64,000 nt of DNA from Clostridia bacterium (GTDB lineage: Bacteria; Bacillota; Clostridia; UBA1212; UBA1255): assembly GCA_017620915.1 (NCBI GenBank), contig JAFZSK010000051.1, positions 24,215-88,214 on the forward strand, given 5' to 3'. Each line of letters begins with the position of its first letter. The stretch's first letter is position 1. Positions 18,668 through 28,054 of the stretch are shown piece after piece. The notes under the pieces are model-generated. The model was given only the letters and a program-made list of their open reading frames with translations, searched no databases and was not told where the DNA came from. The translations under genes were made by a program, and so were the position numbers.

Positions 18668-19461
18668 TGATAATACTCCACATTGTCCGCAGCCCCCGCA
18701 TGCGCCTTCATGAACGCGTACACTTTGTCGCGCAGCTCGGTCTTGGCCGCCTGAACGCTCAGCCCGGCGGAAGGCAGGATCGGCTCGGAGAATGTGACGG
18801 TCATGCCGGGCCGCTTGACCCAGGCCAGCAGACCGCGGCGCCTGCGGTAGGTGGTGACCATCGCTACGAGGGGAACGTTGTCCCGGATCGGGTGGTGGAA
18901 GGAATTGTCCGGAAAAGGCCGGATGCCGGTGTAGAACGGCCAGATGTGGCGCTCCGGGAACTCGGTGACGCAGCGCTTCTGGGAGATGCGCGTTGACAGC
19001 GCCTTCGTGAAGCCGCGGAGGCCGGACGGTTCGGTGGGGACGGGAATTGCTCCCAGCATCATGACGATATTCCGCAAGAACGGGATCGACACCGCGTCGG
19101 CGTTGGCAACGATATACGCCCGCTTCGGGAACGCCGCCAGCGCGGGGACAAAGGCATCCAGTTGCTGGGTGTGGTTGCCGTACAGATAAAAGCCGCTTTT
19201 GCGCAGGCCCTTCAAAGCGCGCCGGTTTTCGAACTTCAGGCCCAGGTAAAGCTTGGCCGCCAGGTACACCAGCGGCAGGGCGACAACGTAATACAGCACG
19301 AACGCGCACGCGTTCCAGAACGGGTTTTTGTGCACGAACGGGAAGGTGTGGTCGACGGTATTCGTGCTGATTTTTGTGCCCGCGAAGTCGTCGTTCAGCT
19401 CGTCGGAGTAGTATATGACGCGTTTGTACGCGCGGTTTTCCGGCTCGTTGACGGACTTCAT
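18634..19461 (-). CDS. Lysophospholipid (1-acyl-sn-glycerol-3-phosphate) acyltransferase, PlsC family
   Basis: Start set at MKSVNEP (4-nt overlap with the upstream GT4 gene). N-terminal TM helix. An acyltransferase-like HxxxxD block and PVPTEPSG-like motif are present. Confidence 0.6.
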   Translation of the reverse strand: MKSVNEPENRAYKRVIYYSDELNDDFAGTKISTNTVDHTFPFVHKNPFWNACAFVLYYVVALPLVYLAAKLYLGLKFENRRALKGLRKSGFYLYGNHTQQLDAFVPALAAFPKRAYIVANADAVSIPFLRNIVMMLGAIPVPTEPSGLRGFTKALSTRISQKRCVTEFPERHIWPFYTGIRPFPDNSFHHPIRDNVPLVAMVTTYRRRRGLLAWVKRPGMTVTFSEPILPSAGLSVQAAKTELRDKVYAFMKAHAGAADNVEYYHYVKRDNASST

Positions 19462-20618
19462 TCGGACATGCCCTCCGCGGCGCCGCGCTTCATTTTTACG
19501 GCGTCGAACAGCATCTGCTCCATTTCGTCCATGCACACGTCGAAATCGAAGCGGCGGGAATAGTCGAGGTAATCCGCGGAACATTTTGCGCGCGCCTCCG
19601 GGTGCTCGAGCCACCAGTCCATTTTGGCAGCCAGGTCGTCCGGGTCATTAAAATGAAACAAATTGGACTCCGTGAGGGCAAAGAATCGGGTAGCGCTGCG
19701 GGGAGAGTCGGCGATCAGCGGAACGACGCCGCAGGCAATTGCCTCCAGGCACGAAATAGCCTCTATCTCGATCTCGGCGGGGTGAACGTACAGATCCGCG
19801 CTGTTGATCACGTCGATCAGTTCATCGCGGCCGTAGAAGCGCATCACCGGCGGCAGCAAGCCCTTCTTCAGCGCCTGCTCGTATATTTCTTCACGTTTCG
19901 GACCGCTGCCCGCCAGCACCAGCTGGATCTCATCGCGGTGTTTCGAGCGGCTCACCGCCTCGATCAGCACGCCGTGGGACTTTTCCGGGCTGTAGCGGCC
20001 GGTGAAGAGCACGGTGTAATTGCCCGCAAACTCCGGCGGACGCGAAACGGCTTTTTTGCGGAACGCCTTGTTGACTCCGTTGGAGATCACGCGGTGCTCC
20101 GTCGGACCCACGACCTCCTCGAACGTGTTGCAGATGAACTGCGTGGGGTAGTGGATGATGTCAACGTACTGATACAGCCGCTTGTAAAAGATCCGGTAGG
20201 TCTCGTGATTGAGCGGTGTGAAATTCTTCATGAACGCGTGGCTGGTGATGTTCTCGGCCTGGCAGTGGAAGCTGGCGGTGAGCGGAATGCCGTGCTCGAC
20301 GGCGTAGTGCGCCGCCGCCTTGCCCAGCACGAAGGGCAGCAGAACGTGCACAACGTCCGCATCCTTCATTGCGGCTTCCAGCTTTTCGTGTTCGAGCCGC
20401 GCGACCGTCACGCCGTTCTTTTCGAGATAACGGTTGAACGGGCCGGCGTTCAGTTTCGGGACGACATAATAACCGGGCGTTCCGGCCTTGTCCTCATCCG
20501 GACACACAACGCGCACGTCGTGGCCTTTGGCTTTCAGCGACCTGATCAGGTTCATGGCGGCAATAGTGGTGCCGTTGTTCTCCTCGCCCAGCACGTCGCA
20601 AACGATGGCAATCTTCAA
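19458..20618 (-). CDS. Glycosyltransferase family 4 (glycolipid synthase-like)
   Basis: 386 aa with a GT-B fold. MKIAIVCD... is an N-terminal Rossmann domain. The C-terminus has ExFGxxxLEAxAxGxPVI-like motifs (EIEAISCLEAIACGVVPL). Confidence 0.75.
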   Translation of the reverse strand: MKIAIVCDVLGEENNGTTIAAMNLIRSLKAKGHDVRVVCPDEDKAGTPGYYVVPKLNAGPFNRYLEKNGVTVARLEHEKLEAAMKDADVVHVLLPFVLGKAAAHYAVEHGIPLTASFHCQAENITSHAFMKNFTPLNHETYRIFYKRLYQYVDIIHYPTQFICNTFEEVVGPTEHRVISNGVNKAFRKKAVSRPPEFAGNYTVLFTGRYSPEKSHGVLIEAVSRSKHRDEIQLVLAGSGPKREEIYEQALKKGLLPPVMRFYGRDELIDVINSADLYVHPAEIEIEAISCLEAIACGVVPLIADSPRSATRFFALTESNLFHFNDPDDLAAKMDWWLEHPEARAKCSADYLDYSRRFDFDVCMDEMEQMLFDAVKMKRGAAEGMSE

Positions 20619-20763
20619 TTCATATCATCCTTCCGGCGGGCCATACCGCCGTCAATAACTCTGCGCGCCCATGACGCGCCGACCAATTATACTTGAAAAC
20701 AAAATATAAATCAAATCTGCCGCTTTGAACATGGGGACAGACCCCGATTCAAAAGCCGCGGCG

Positions 20764-20793
20764 TTGAACTGGCCCCTCCGGCTGTGATATAAT
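20764..20793 (+). promoter_or_regulatory. Promoter of the suf operon (extended -10)
   Basis: TTGAAC-18 nt-TGaTATAAT, ~70 nt upstream of sufC. Confidence 0.45.
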
Positions 20794-20864
20794 AACAGCG
20801 GTCGCCGGTGCGGTCAGGACCGAACCGCAGCCGGGGCAAAAACATCAGATCAGGAAGGCGCAGA

Positions 20865-21587
20865 ATGCTAAAATTGGAAAACATTGCCTTCGCGGCCAAC
20901 ACGGAGCGGGGCAGAAAAGACATATTGAAAAATATCGATCTGGAGATCGGCGAGGGATTCACCGTTGTCACCGGACCCAACGGCGGCGGCAAGTCTTCGC
21001 TGGCCAAAGTCATCGCGGGGCTGTACAAGCCCACGGCCGGACGCATATTCTGGAACGGCGAGGACGTCACGGACATGAGCATCACCGAGCGGGCGAAAGC
21101 AGGCATCAGCTACGCGTTTCAGCAGCCGGTGCGGTTCAAGGGCATCACGGTGAGCGATCTGATCACGATCGCCGCCGGCCGCGACCTCAGTGTTTCGGAG
21201 GCGTGCGAGTACTTGTCCGCGGTGGGACTGTGCGCGCGGGATTATATTGACCGCGAGGTCAATGCCAGCCTTTCCGGCGGCGAACTGAAGCGCATCGAAA
21301 TTGCCACCGTACTGGCGCGCGGCACGGATTTCGCGGTGTTCGACGAGCCCGAAGCGGGCATCGACCTGTGGAGCTTCAACAGCCTGATCAAAGTGTTCGA
21401 ACGGCTGCGCACGCTGACGAAAGGCTCAATAATGATCATCTCGCATCAGGAACGGATACTGGAGATCGCGGACCGGATCGTGGTGATCAGCGGCGGCACC
21501 GTGGAGAAGGCGGGACCGCGGGATGAGATATTGCCCGAACTGATGTACGACCGGGCGTGTCCGCGGCTGGACAAGGTCAATTCGTAA
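20865..21587 (+). CDS. sufC: Fe-S cluster assembly ATPase SufC
   Basis: Start at MLKLENI (SD AGGAAGG). Walker A GPNGGGKSS, ABC signature LSGGELKR, Walker B FAVFDEPEAGID. Confidence 0.85.
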   Translation: MLKLENIAFAANTERGRKDILKNIDLEIGEGFTVVTGPNGGGKSSLAKVIAGLYKPTAGRIFWNGEDVTDMSITERAKAGISYAFQQPVRFKGITVSDLITIAAGRDLSVSEACEYLSAVGLCARDYIDREVNASLSGGELKRIEIATVLARGTDFAVFDEPEAGIDLWSFNSLIKVFERLRTLTKGSIMIISHQERILEIADRIVVISGGTVEKAGPRDEILPELMYDRACPRLDKVNS

Positions 21588-21602
21588 CAGGAGCATGTAC
21601 TT

Positions 21603-22544
21603 ATGGAAATAGATTTCAACATTTCAAAACTGTCGCTGGAAGGGCTGGGGCTGCTGGACAATATCGCCGGCCTCACAGATGTGCCGGACGGCGCGTTCAA
21701 TATCCGGGCCAACGGCATGTCGGTCGGGCGCGCGGTCACCAAGGCGGTGAATATTGTCAGCAAAAAGGACAAGCCCGGGATCGATATCATCATTGCCCCC
21801 GGCACCACCGGCGAGACCGTGTACATCCCCGTGATCTTAACTGAACCGGGGACAGACCTGGTGTACAACGATTTCTACATCGGCGAAGCCGCCACCGTGG
21901 AGATCATCGCGGGCTGCGGCATCCACAACGACGGCTGCACCGAGGCGCGCCACGACGGCATCCACACGTTCCACGTGGAGAAGAACGCGCACGTCAAATA
22001 CGTGGAAAAGCACTACGGCGAAGGCAGCGGCGAGGGCACGAACGTGATGAATCCTACCACCGTCGTGGAGCTGGCCAAGAACAGCTACATGGAGATGGAA
22101 ACGACGCAGATCAAGGGCGTGGACTCCACGGAACGCGTCACGCGGGCGAAAGTCGGCGAAGGCGCGCAGCTGGTGATCGCCGAAAAGATCATGACCCACG
22201 GCAATCAGCATGCCACCACGGATTTTTCGGTGGATCTGGACGGTGCCGGGAGCTCCGCCAACGTAGTCTCGCGTTCGGTGGCCCGGGACAATTCGCGCCA
22301 GCGCTTCACCGCCGATCTCCGGGGCAACAACCTCTGCCACGGTCACAGCGAATGCGACGCGATCGTGATGGACAACGCCGTTGTCTCCTCGCTGCCCCAG
22401 ATCACCGCGAATTCGGTTGACGCCGAACTGATCCACGAGGCGGCGATCGGCAAGATCGCCGGTGAGCAGCTGGAAAAGCTCATGTCCCTGGGCCTCACCG
22501 AGCACGAGGCGGAGACAAAGATAATTGATGGATTCCTGAAGTAA
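21603..22544 (+). CDS. SufB/SufD family Fe-S cluster assembly protein (short SufBD type)
   Basis: 313 aa. A beta-helix core with the conserved C-terminal SufBD motif (AIGKIAGEQLEKLMSLGLTEHEAETKIIDGFL). Confidence 0.75.
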   Translation: MEIDFNISKLSLEGLGLLDNIAGLTDVPDGAFNIRANGMSVGRAVTKAVNIVSKKDKPGIDIIIAPGTTGETVYIPVILTEPGTDLVYNDFYIGEAATVEIIAGCGIHNDGCTEARHDGIHTFHVEKNAHVKYVEKHYGEGSGEGTNVMNPTTVVELAKNSYMEMETTQIKGVDSTERVTRAKVGEGAQLVIAEKIMTHGNQHATTDFSVDLDGAGSSANVVSRSVARDNSRQRFTADLRGNNLCHGHSECDAIVMDNAVVSSLPQITANSVDAELIHEAAIGKIAGEQLEKLMSLGLTEHEAETKIIDGFLK

Positions 22545-22545
22545 A

Positions 22546-24675
22546 ATGATCACGTTAACGGCCGGAAAACTGCAGATCTCTATAGATTTTGAAGCGGGGC
22601 GGATCGCCGCGCTTTCGCTGAACGGCGCCGCACGGCTGGGCGGCAACGCGCCGCTGTTCCGTCTCGGACTCCGGCACACGGACGGGGAACTTGAAGTACT
22701 ATCTGCATACGACGCGCGCGCGTTTGAACCGCTTTCGGGATCGGACGGCGGGGTCTACCGCGGCTTTGAGAAATATCCCGAACTGACCGTGACCGCGAGC
22801 GTGCGCATCGCCGCCGCTTCCGGCGAGCTGGAGTGGGAGATCGCCGTTGACCACGTACCGGCCGGGCTCGTGGCGGAGTGGGTTGAGTATCCGCAATTGA
22901 TATTGCCCCCGACCGCGGACAATAACACAGCCGGTAACGGCGGCCGCATCCTGCTGCCGTACAACGAAGGCGTGCTGATCTCCGACGCGGTCCTGCGTCA
23001 ACGCACGGATTTCCGCCACTTCGAACCCGAATACCCGTCGCTGGGCTGCTATTCGGTATTCCCGAACATGCTCTGCTCCCAGTTCATGGCGTACCTCTGG
23101 GACGACGCCGGTCTGTATATCGGCGCCCATGACCCGGAGCGCGGCTTTAAACAGATCGATTTTTACCCGGTCGACGGCGGCGTGGCGATGCAGCTGCGTT
23201 TGTACACGGGGACAGACCCCGGTGAAGCATACCGGACCGGTTTTCCCATCGTGTGGGCCGCGGTCGCCGGTCAATGGCAGTCCGCCGCGGAGCGTTACCG
23301 CCGCTGGTTTGAAACCCATTTGCCGCCGGACGTGCGGAAGCTCGCTGACAACGCAGATCTGCCCGACTGGTACGCAGACCTGCCGCTGGTGGTGACCTAC
23401 CCGGTGCGCGGTGTCCATGACATGGATGAGATGACTCCGAACAAATTGTACCCGTACGCGAATGCGCTGCCGGTGCTGGAGGATATTGCCGCCGCGGCGG
23501 ACAGCCGCCTGCTGGTGCTGCTGATGCACTGGGAAGGCACCGCGCCCTGGGCGCCGCCGTACGTCTGGCCGCCCTTTGGAGGCGAGGCGGAATTCAACGC
23601 GTTCCGGGATGCGCTGCACGCGCGGGACATGCTGCTGGGCGTGTACTGCTCCGGCTTCGGGTATACGGACAAAAGCAACCTGATCGACAGTTACGACCGG
23701 CGCGAAGAATTTGCCGCCGAAGGGCTGGCGGGGGCAATGTGCGCGGGGCCGGACGGTATTGTCCGCAAGAGCCGCATCTGCACCGGGCAACGTTCCGGTT
23801 ACGATACCTGTCCCGCGTCTGAGACCGGCCGCGCGATCCTGAACGAGGCGTACGCGCCGCTGTTCGACAGCGGGCTGGATTACGCCCAGATCCTGGACCA
23901 GAACCACGGCGGCGGTCAATACCTCTGCTACAGCCGCACCCACGGCCACCCTGCGGCCCCCGGACCCTGGATGACGGCCAACATGCGCGCTCTGCTCTCC
24001 GACTGGAGCCGCCGGGCGGGTGCACGGTCTGCCGCTGACGGGCGGTCCGCCGCCGGCCGCATGCTGCTGGGCTGCGAGTCTGCCGCCGCGGAACCCTTCA
24101 TGGGCAGCCTACCGTTCAGCGACAACCGCTTCGAACTCAACTACTTCTACGGCACACCGGTGCCGTTGTACGCATACGTCTATCACGAGTACATCCGCAA
24201 TTTCATGGGCAACCAGTGCTGCCTCCCGCTGCCCATCGCCGAGGACACGCTGCGCGACCGCATTGCCTACGCCTTCTGCGCCGGCGACGTGCCGACGCTG
24301 GTGTTGACGCCGGAAGGGGAGTTGTCGCCTGCCTGGAGCACGCGGGACTTTTCGCACCTTCCGGATAAGGATGCGGCGCTGCGTTTTATTGCCAACCTGT
24401 CGCGCTTCTACCGCGAGGAGGCCAAGCCGTATCTGTACGGGGGCCGGATGATCGCCCCGCTGCCGCTCGAGTGCGCGGGCCGCGAAGTGGAGTGCCTCTA
24501 CTGGGGCCACCGCGTCACGCTCCCCGCCGTTTGCACTACCGCCTGGGAGGCCGCGGACGGATCCCGCGCGCAGCTCGTGGTCAACCCGGGCCTTTCGCCC
24601 GCCACGTTCACGCTGGGGGGCAATACGTATACGCTGGAACCGCTGGGAATTAGACTTTTTCCTTTGGAGAATTAG
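22546..24675 (+). CDS. Hypothetical 709-aa protein (possibly glycoside hydrolase-like), translationally coupled to sufBD
   Basis: Starts 2 nt after the sufBD stop. Features are HWEGTAPWAPPYVWPPFGGE, a CC pair and a CxxxxxC element. No confident family call. Its last 3 codons are encoded by the GAATTAGG repeat. Confidence 0.45.
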   Translation: MITLTAGKLQISIDFEAGRIAALSLNGAARLGGNAPLFRLGLRHTDGELEVLSAYDARAFEPLSGSDGGVYRGFEKYPELTVTASVRIAAASGELEWEIAVDHVPAGLVAEWVEYPQLILPPTADNNTAGNGGRILLPYNEGVLISDAVLRQRTDFRHFEPEYPSLGCYSVFPNMLCSQFMAYLWDDAGLYIGAHDPERGFKQIDFYPVDGGVAMQLRLYTGTDPGEAYRTGFPIVWAAVAGQWQSAAERYRRWFETHLPPDVRKLADNADLPDWYADLPLVVTYPVRGVHDMDEMTPNKLYPYANALPVLEDIAAAADSRLLVLLMHWEGTAPWAPPYVWPPFGGEAEFNAFRDALHARDMLLGVYCSGFGYTDKSNLIDSYDRREEFAAEGLAGAMCAGPDGIVRKSRICTGQRSGYDTCPASETGRAILNEAYAPLFDSGLDYAQILDQNHGGGQYLCYSRTHGHPAAPGPWMTANMRALLSDWSRRAGARSAADGRSAAGRMLLGCESAAAEPFMGSLPFSDNRFELNYFYGTPVPLYAYVYHEYIRNFMGNQCCLPLPIAEDTLRDRIAYAFCAGDVPTLVLTPEGELSPAWSTRDFSHLPDKDAALRFIANLSRFYREEAKPYLYGGRMIAPLPLECAGREVECLYWGHRVTLPAVCTTAWEAADGSRAQLVVNPGLSPATFTLGGNTYTLEPLGIRLFPLEN

Positions 24676-24717
24676 GGAATTAGGCTATTATCCTGTGTAG
24701 AATTAGGGAATTGGCGG
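24667..24717. repeat. GAATTAGG-family iteron cluster (solitary arm)
   Basis: gagaattagggaattagg ... tagaattagggaattggcgg: three or four units of the same family as 30085 and 50133. It marks the left edge of the low-GC islet. Confidence 0.8.
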
Positions 24718-25097
24718 AAGGGGCGTCCTTGTCTAAAGAAATTGCCATTTTGCTGTTTTTTATAGACGCGGATTCCTTCTTTTTTCGTTAGACGCGCCAG
24801 TCTGAGCCGAAACATCTTAAAATAGAGGTCAAAACTGCCTGGTTTTAACACAAAGCCGCTTTGCCTAAGGACTTGATCCGCTTGGAAAACCAATTCGCCT
24901 GATGGAATCGTGAATTTCAAGGTGATTTTGGATAAAAAAGCGCCTGACTCGGGATATTATCCATTCAATGACAATTTGACTACTTTGCTCGTCTTAAAAA
25001 TCAGGGAAAATGGGCATTTTTATAGACGGAGACGGCGCCCAGCAAAAAAGCTCGTGTCGAAATGGCTCGTGAAAAAAGTGCGGTTTGAAAAAAGTGC

Positions 25098-25126
25098 TTG
25101 CATTGTCCGAAACGCTGTGGTATAAT
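25098..25126 (+). promoter_or_regulatory. Sigma-70 promoter of the initiator-like tRNA
   Basis: TTGCAT-17 nt-TATAAT, preceded by an A-tract (aaaaaagtgcttg). The tRNA starts 41 nt after the -10. Confidence 0.6.
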
Positions 25127-25166
25127 ACGCTTCGCCGCTCGAAAAACGGCGGCAACAAAAACATAT

Positions 25167-25249
<83 letters not shown>

Positions 25250-25280
25250 ACAGGTCATGAGGCCTGTTATTTTTTATTGT
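25250..25280 (+). terminator. Intrinsic terminator after the tRNA
   Basis: aataacagg-tcatga-ggcctgttatt followed by ttttatt. Confidence 0.65.
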
Positions 25281-25393
25281 GAGGCAGCAGAAAACCGGAA
25301 AAGTGCAACCTTTTTCTTATTCACGTCGCCTTATATTATGCAGCTATAAGAGGGCTGCAATACAAATAACTTAAACGGAGACGAGGTCACTTT

Positions 25394-26050
25394 ATGGAAT
25401 CAAAGAGATACATTGACAAGTATAATACGCCAAGAGTATTTCAAATCATTACCACGATCGGATTTGTTATTCTTGTTGGACTAATGCTTAGCGTAACTGT
25501 AATTGTTACTTCTGTCACGACGTATAATCCTAAAACCTGGAGTATCAATACCTGGGAACATACTCGCGACACTGTTTTCGAAATGTTTGAAGCAAAAGTG
25601 GACTACACAGGATTTCTTTTAGGAGCGGTCGCTTTAATTGCGTCTATAGCAGGTATTGTTTTTATATGGTTAAACAGACCAAAACTGTCCGCAATTTGTG
25701 CGGGAATACTTTTAATTATTATGTTTTTGTCTCTGTTAGTTATTGGCGATCTGGGTATGGAGGATTACTTTGACTCATGGAACAATTACGATCGTCTTGA
25801 GGTTAGAGTGCAAGAAACATACTATTTACTTTGGGGATTGACCATCATATTAATCGTGTTCTCTATCATTTCCATTAAGACCACCAAAGAAGGACCGAGA
25901 CCGCCTAAGCTTGTTAGAATCGTCGAAAGCCCTGCGGCTACTCAACCCTCTGCAGCTGATGAACTTAAAAAATACAAAGAATTATTAGATTCGGGAGTTA
26001 TTACTCAAGAAGAATTCCAAGAAAAGAAAAAACAGCTATTAAATCTGTGA
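25394..26050 (+). CDS. Membrane protein with C-terminal SHOCT domain
   Basis: 218 aa, four TM helices. The C-terminus ELKKYKELLDSGVITQEEFQEKKKQLL is a canonical SHOCT motif. Low-GC codon usage. Confidence 0.6.
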   Translation: MESKRYIDKYNTPRVFQIITTIGFVILVGLMLSVTVIVTSVTTYNPKTWSINTWEHTRDTVFEMFEAKVDYTGFLLGAVALIASIAGIVFIWLNRPKLSAICAGILLIIMFLSLLVIGDLGMEDYFDSWNNYDRLEVRVQETYYLLWGLTIILIVFSIISIKTTKEGPRPPKLVRIVESPAATQPSAADELKKYKELLDSGVITQEEFQEKKKQLLNL

Positions 26051-26094
26051 ACGGCTATTTAGTGCTATCCGATCTTTTAGTATACACTCCGCGA

Positions 26095-26132
26095 AAAAGA
26101 GGCATCCTAACAGCAGGGTGCCTCCTTTTTCG
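26095..26132 (+). terminator. Intrinsic terminator
   Basis: gaggcatcc-taacagcaggg-tgcctc followed by ctttttcg. Confidence 0.5.
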
Positions 26133-26229
26133 CCGTGGAATAATCGACATTCAGAAGACTTTATGATATAATGAACAGGTTAAAACGTTACACCGAGGTT
26201 CGAACATAACGGGCAGAGGAGAAACAAAA

Positions 26230-27978
26230 ATGGGCGCGTATCTATTTGAGGACTTTGCGAAAGATCTTTTAAAAATCAAAAGTTTCAAGTATTTTGTTGA
26301 CCGGAGTCTGGATGACCCGGATCACGAGGCCGATGATCCGGAAGGAGAACTGAATAAGTGGATGACTGATGAAGAGCATGAAGGGCAAGAGTTTCTCTCC
26401 TATTCTTTGCCTTTTGTGCTAGCCTATAAGCTAGGTCGGAAGGAGCTGCTTGCGTATCTGAATCGCTATTTTGACCAGGCTTTGGAATGGTATCAGTATT
26501 GGGAGTACAGGCATAGCGGCTTCGGCAGCGGGTTCCACTGTTTTAATATCTTTAACTGTTACATCCTCGCTTTGTGTTCCAGATACTATGCCAGCATCAA
26601 GGAAACGAAGAAAGCGACCTTGGCCTGCTTTTTTTTCATGTGCTGTCTTTCGCACCATGGTGATCCGTCAGAAGAATACTATGAAGAAGACGAAGACCCG
26701 CCGGAAAATTATGAAGAACCGTACGATCTGGTCGATCTGTATGACGCTTTTGAGCCTTATTTCCATGCAATTAAGGAGTTTATCGGCCCTGACTGGCAGG
26801 CGGTCCACCCTTCGGTCACCTGGAATATCGGGAGATATTATTTGGCGAAAAACAATTACCGTAAGGCAAGAGAGTTCTTCTCCCTGGGGGCTTCGATCGA
26901 TTATGATGGACGTCAATCCGTGGAGCCTTTTAATGCCGTTGGCAAAAATCAGTACGAATACGGATTGACCTACTTGAAAGGCCTGGGCGTCAAAGTCAAC
27001 CCCAAAATGGCGCTGAAATATTTCGAAATGGCAGCCGAAAACGCCGGAGAACCGACAATTCCCATAATTCAGGATATGCGAAACGACGGCCTGCTGCCGG
27101 TTGAATGTGATCCGGTCATCGACAACCTGAACGGGTATGGCCGTTGTAACATTCACAATATTTACGATGACGTTTATTACAAAGAGCTTAACGAAGATCA
27201 GACCGAAAAACTGAAATTTTATGCTGATTATTATTTAACACATGAAGGTTTGCTTGATTTTGGCAGCCTTGATTTTTTGCGTGATGTTTACCGGTACCGT
27301 CTGCACGACTATGGAAAAATCAGTGAAGTGGAAGAGCGGATGGATCTGTTGATAGAATCGACCCCGGTCGAGGACAGAAGCAGCGAGATGGATGATTTTT
27401 ACATTTCCCGCTGGAAGGAAAAATGGAAAAAAACCGTCGAAAAGCCGACAACGAATTCCGGTGCGATCCCAAAGGATCCGAAACCCGGCGACACTTTCTT
27501 CTACGGTACAATCAACAACGAGCCTTTGGAATGGAAGGTTTTAGAGGTCAACGATTGCGGAGAGATATTTGTCATTACCACGAAGATTATCCTCAAAATG
27601 TGTTACGACGGCATTTTTGATTGGCTGAATACAGATTTCGTGGAAAACGTCTTCACGGACGATGAGAAAAAACATATCGTTGCCTACGATGATAATCCTT
27701 TTCGGAGAAATGCTCCTCTTTATGTTTATCTTCCAAACCGCAGTCAGATAGAAGAACTGGATGATCCCAATCAACCTGTTGAAGAAACGGATCTGGCAAG
27801 ATCATTGAGCAGCGACACATCATTCTACACCATCGACGGAAAATATATTAAACCCGGTGAAGGTCCTTGTTTTTATAAGGCAACGTATCATATCCGCGGG
27901 ATCCGTCCGGCAATGGATCTTCGCTTAAGGCTTCGGAAAAAGAGGTCGGATAAAGAACGGCGCGACAAAACAGATTGA
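26230..27978 (+). CDS. Hypothetical acidic 582-aa protein with Sel1-like repeat and C-terminal DUF-like domain
   Basis: Low-GC ORF. A Sel1/TPR-like block (GLTYLKGLGVKVNPKMALKYFEMAAENA). The C-terminal FFYGTINNEPLEWKVLEVND motif recurs in uncharacterised Firmicutes proteins. No catalytic motif was recognised. Confidence 0.5.
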   Translation: MGAYLFEDFAKDLLKIKSFKYFVDRSLDDPDHEADDPEGELNKWMTDEEHEGQEFLSYSLPFVLAYKLGRKELLAYLNRYFDQALEWYQYWEYRHSGFGSGFHCFNIFNCYILALCSRYYASIKETKKATLACFFFMCCLSHHGDPSEEYYEEDEDPPENYEEPYDLVDLYDAFEPYFHAIKEFIGPDWQAVHPSVTWNIGRYYLAKNNYRKAREFFSLGASIDYDGRQSVEPFNAVGKNQYEYGLTYLKGLGVKVNPKMALKYFEMAAENAGEPTIPIIQDMRNDGLLPVECDPVIDNLNGYGRCNIHNIYDDVYYKELNEDQTEKLKFYADYYLTHEGLLDFGSLDFLRDVYRYRLHDYGKISEVEERMDLLIESTPVEDRSSEMDDFYISRWKEKWKKTVEKPTTNSGAIPKDPKPGDTFFYGTINNEPLEWKVLEVNDCGEIFVITTKIILKMCYDGIFDWLNTDFVENVFTDDEKKHIVAYDDNPFRRNAPLYVYLPNRSQIEELDDPNQPVEETDLARSLSSDTSFYTIDGKYIKPGEGPCFYKATYHIRGIRPAMDLRLRLRKKRSDKERRDKTD

Positions 27979-28054
27979 CTTGATCCGTAATTATGAGTAC
28001 AATCGCAACATCTGAGAGGCGGCCGATACGCGCCGCGGCGGTGGAGGAATCTGA

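Noticed and set aside
22699-23949. 416-aa minus-strand ORF and other long ORFs (23594..24025, 24109..24510) inside the 709-aa gene
   Set aside because: Shadow ORFs in ~68% GC coding sequence. Arg/Pro/Gly-rich with no motifs.
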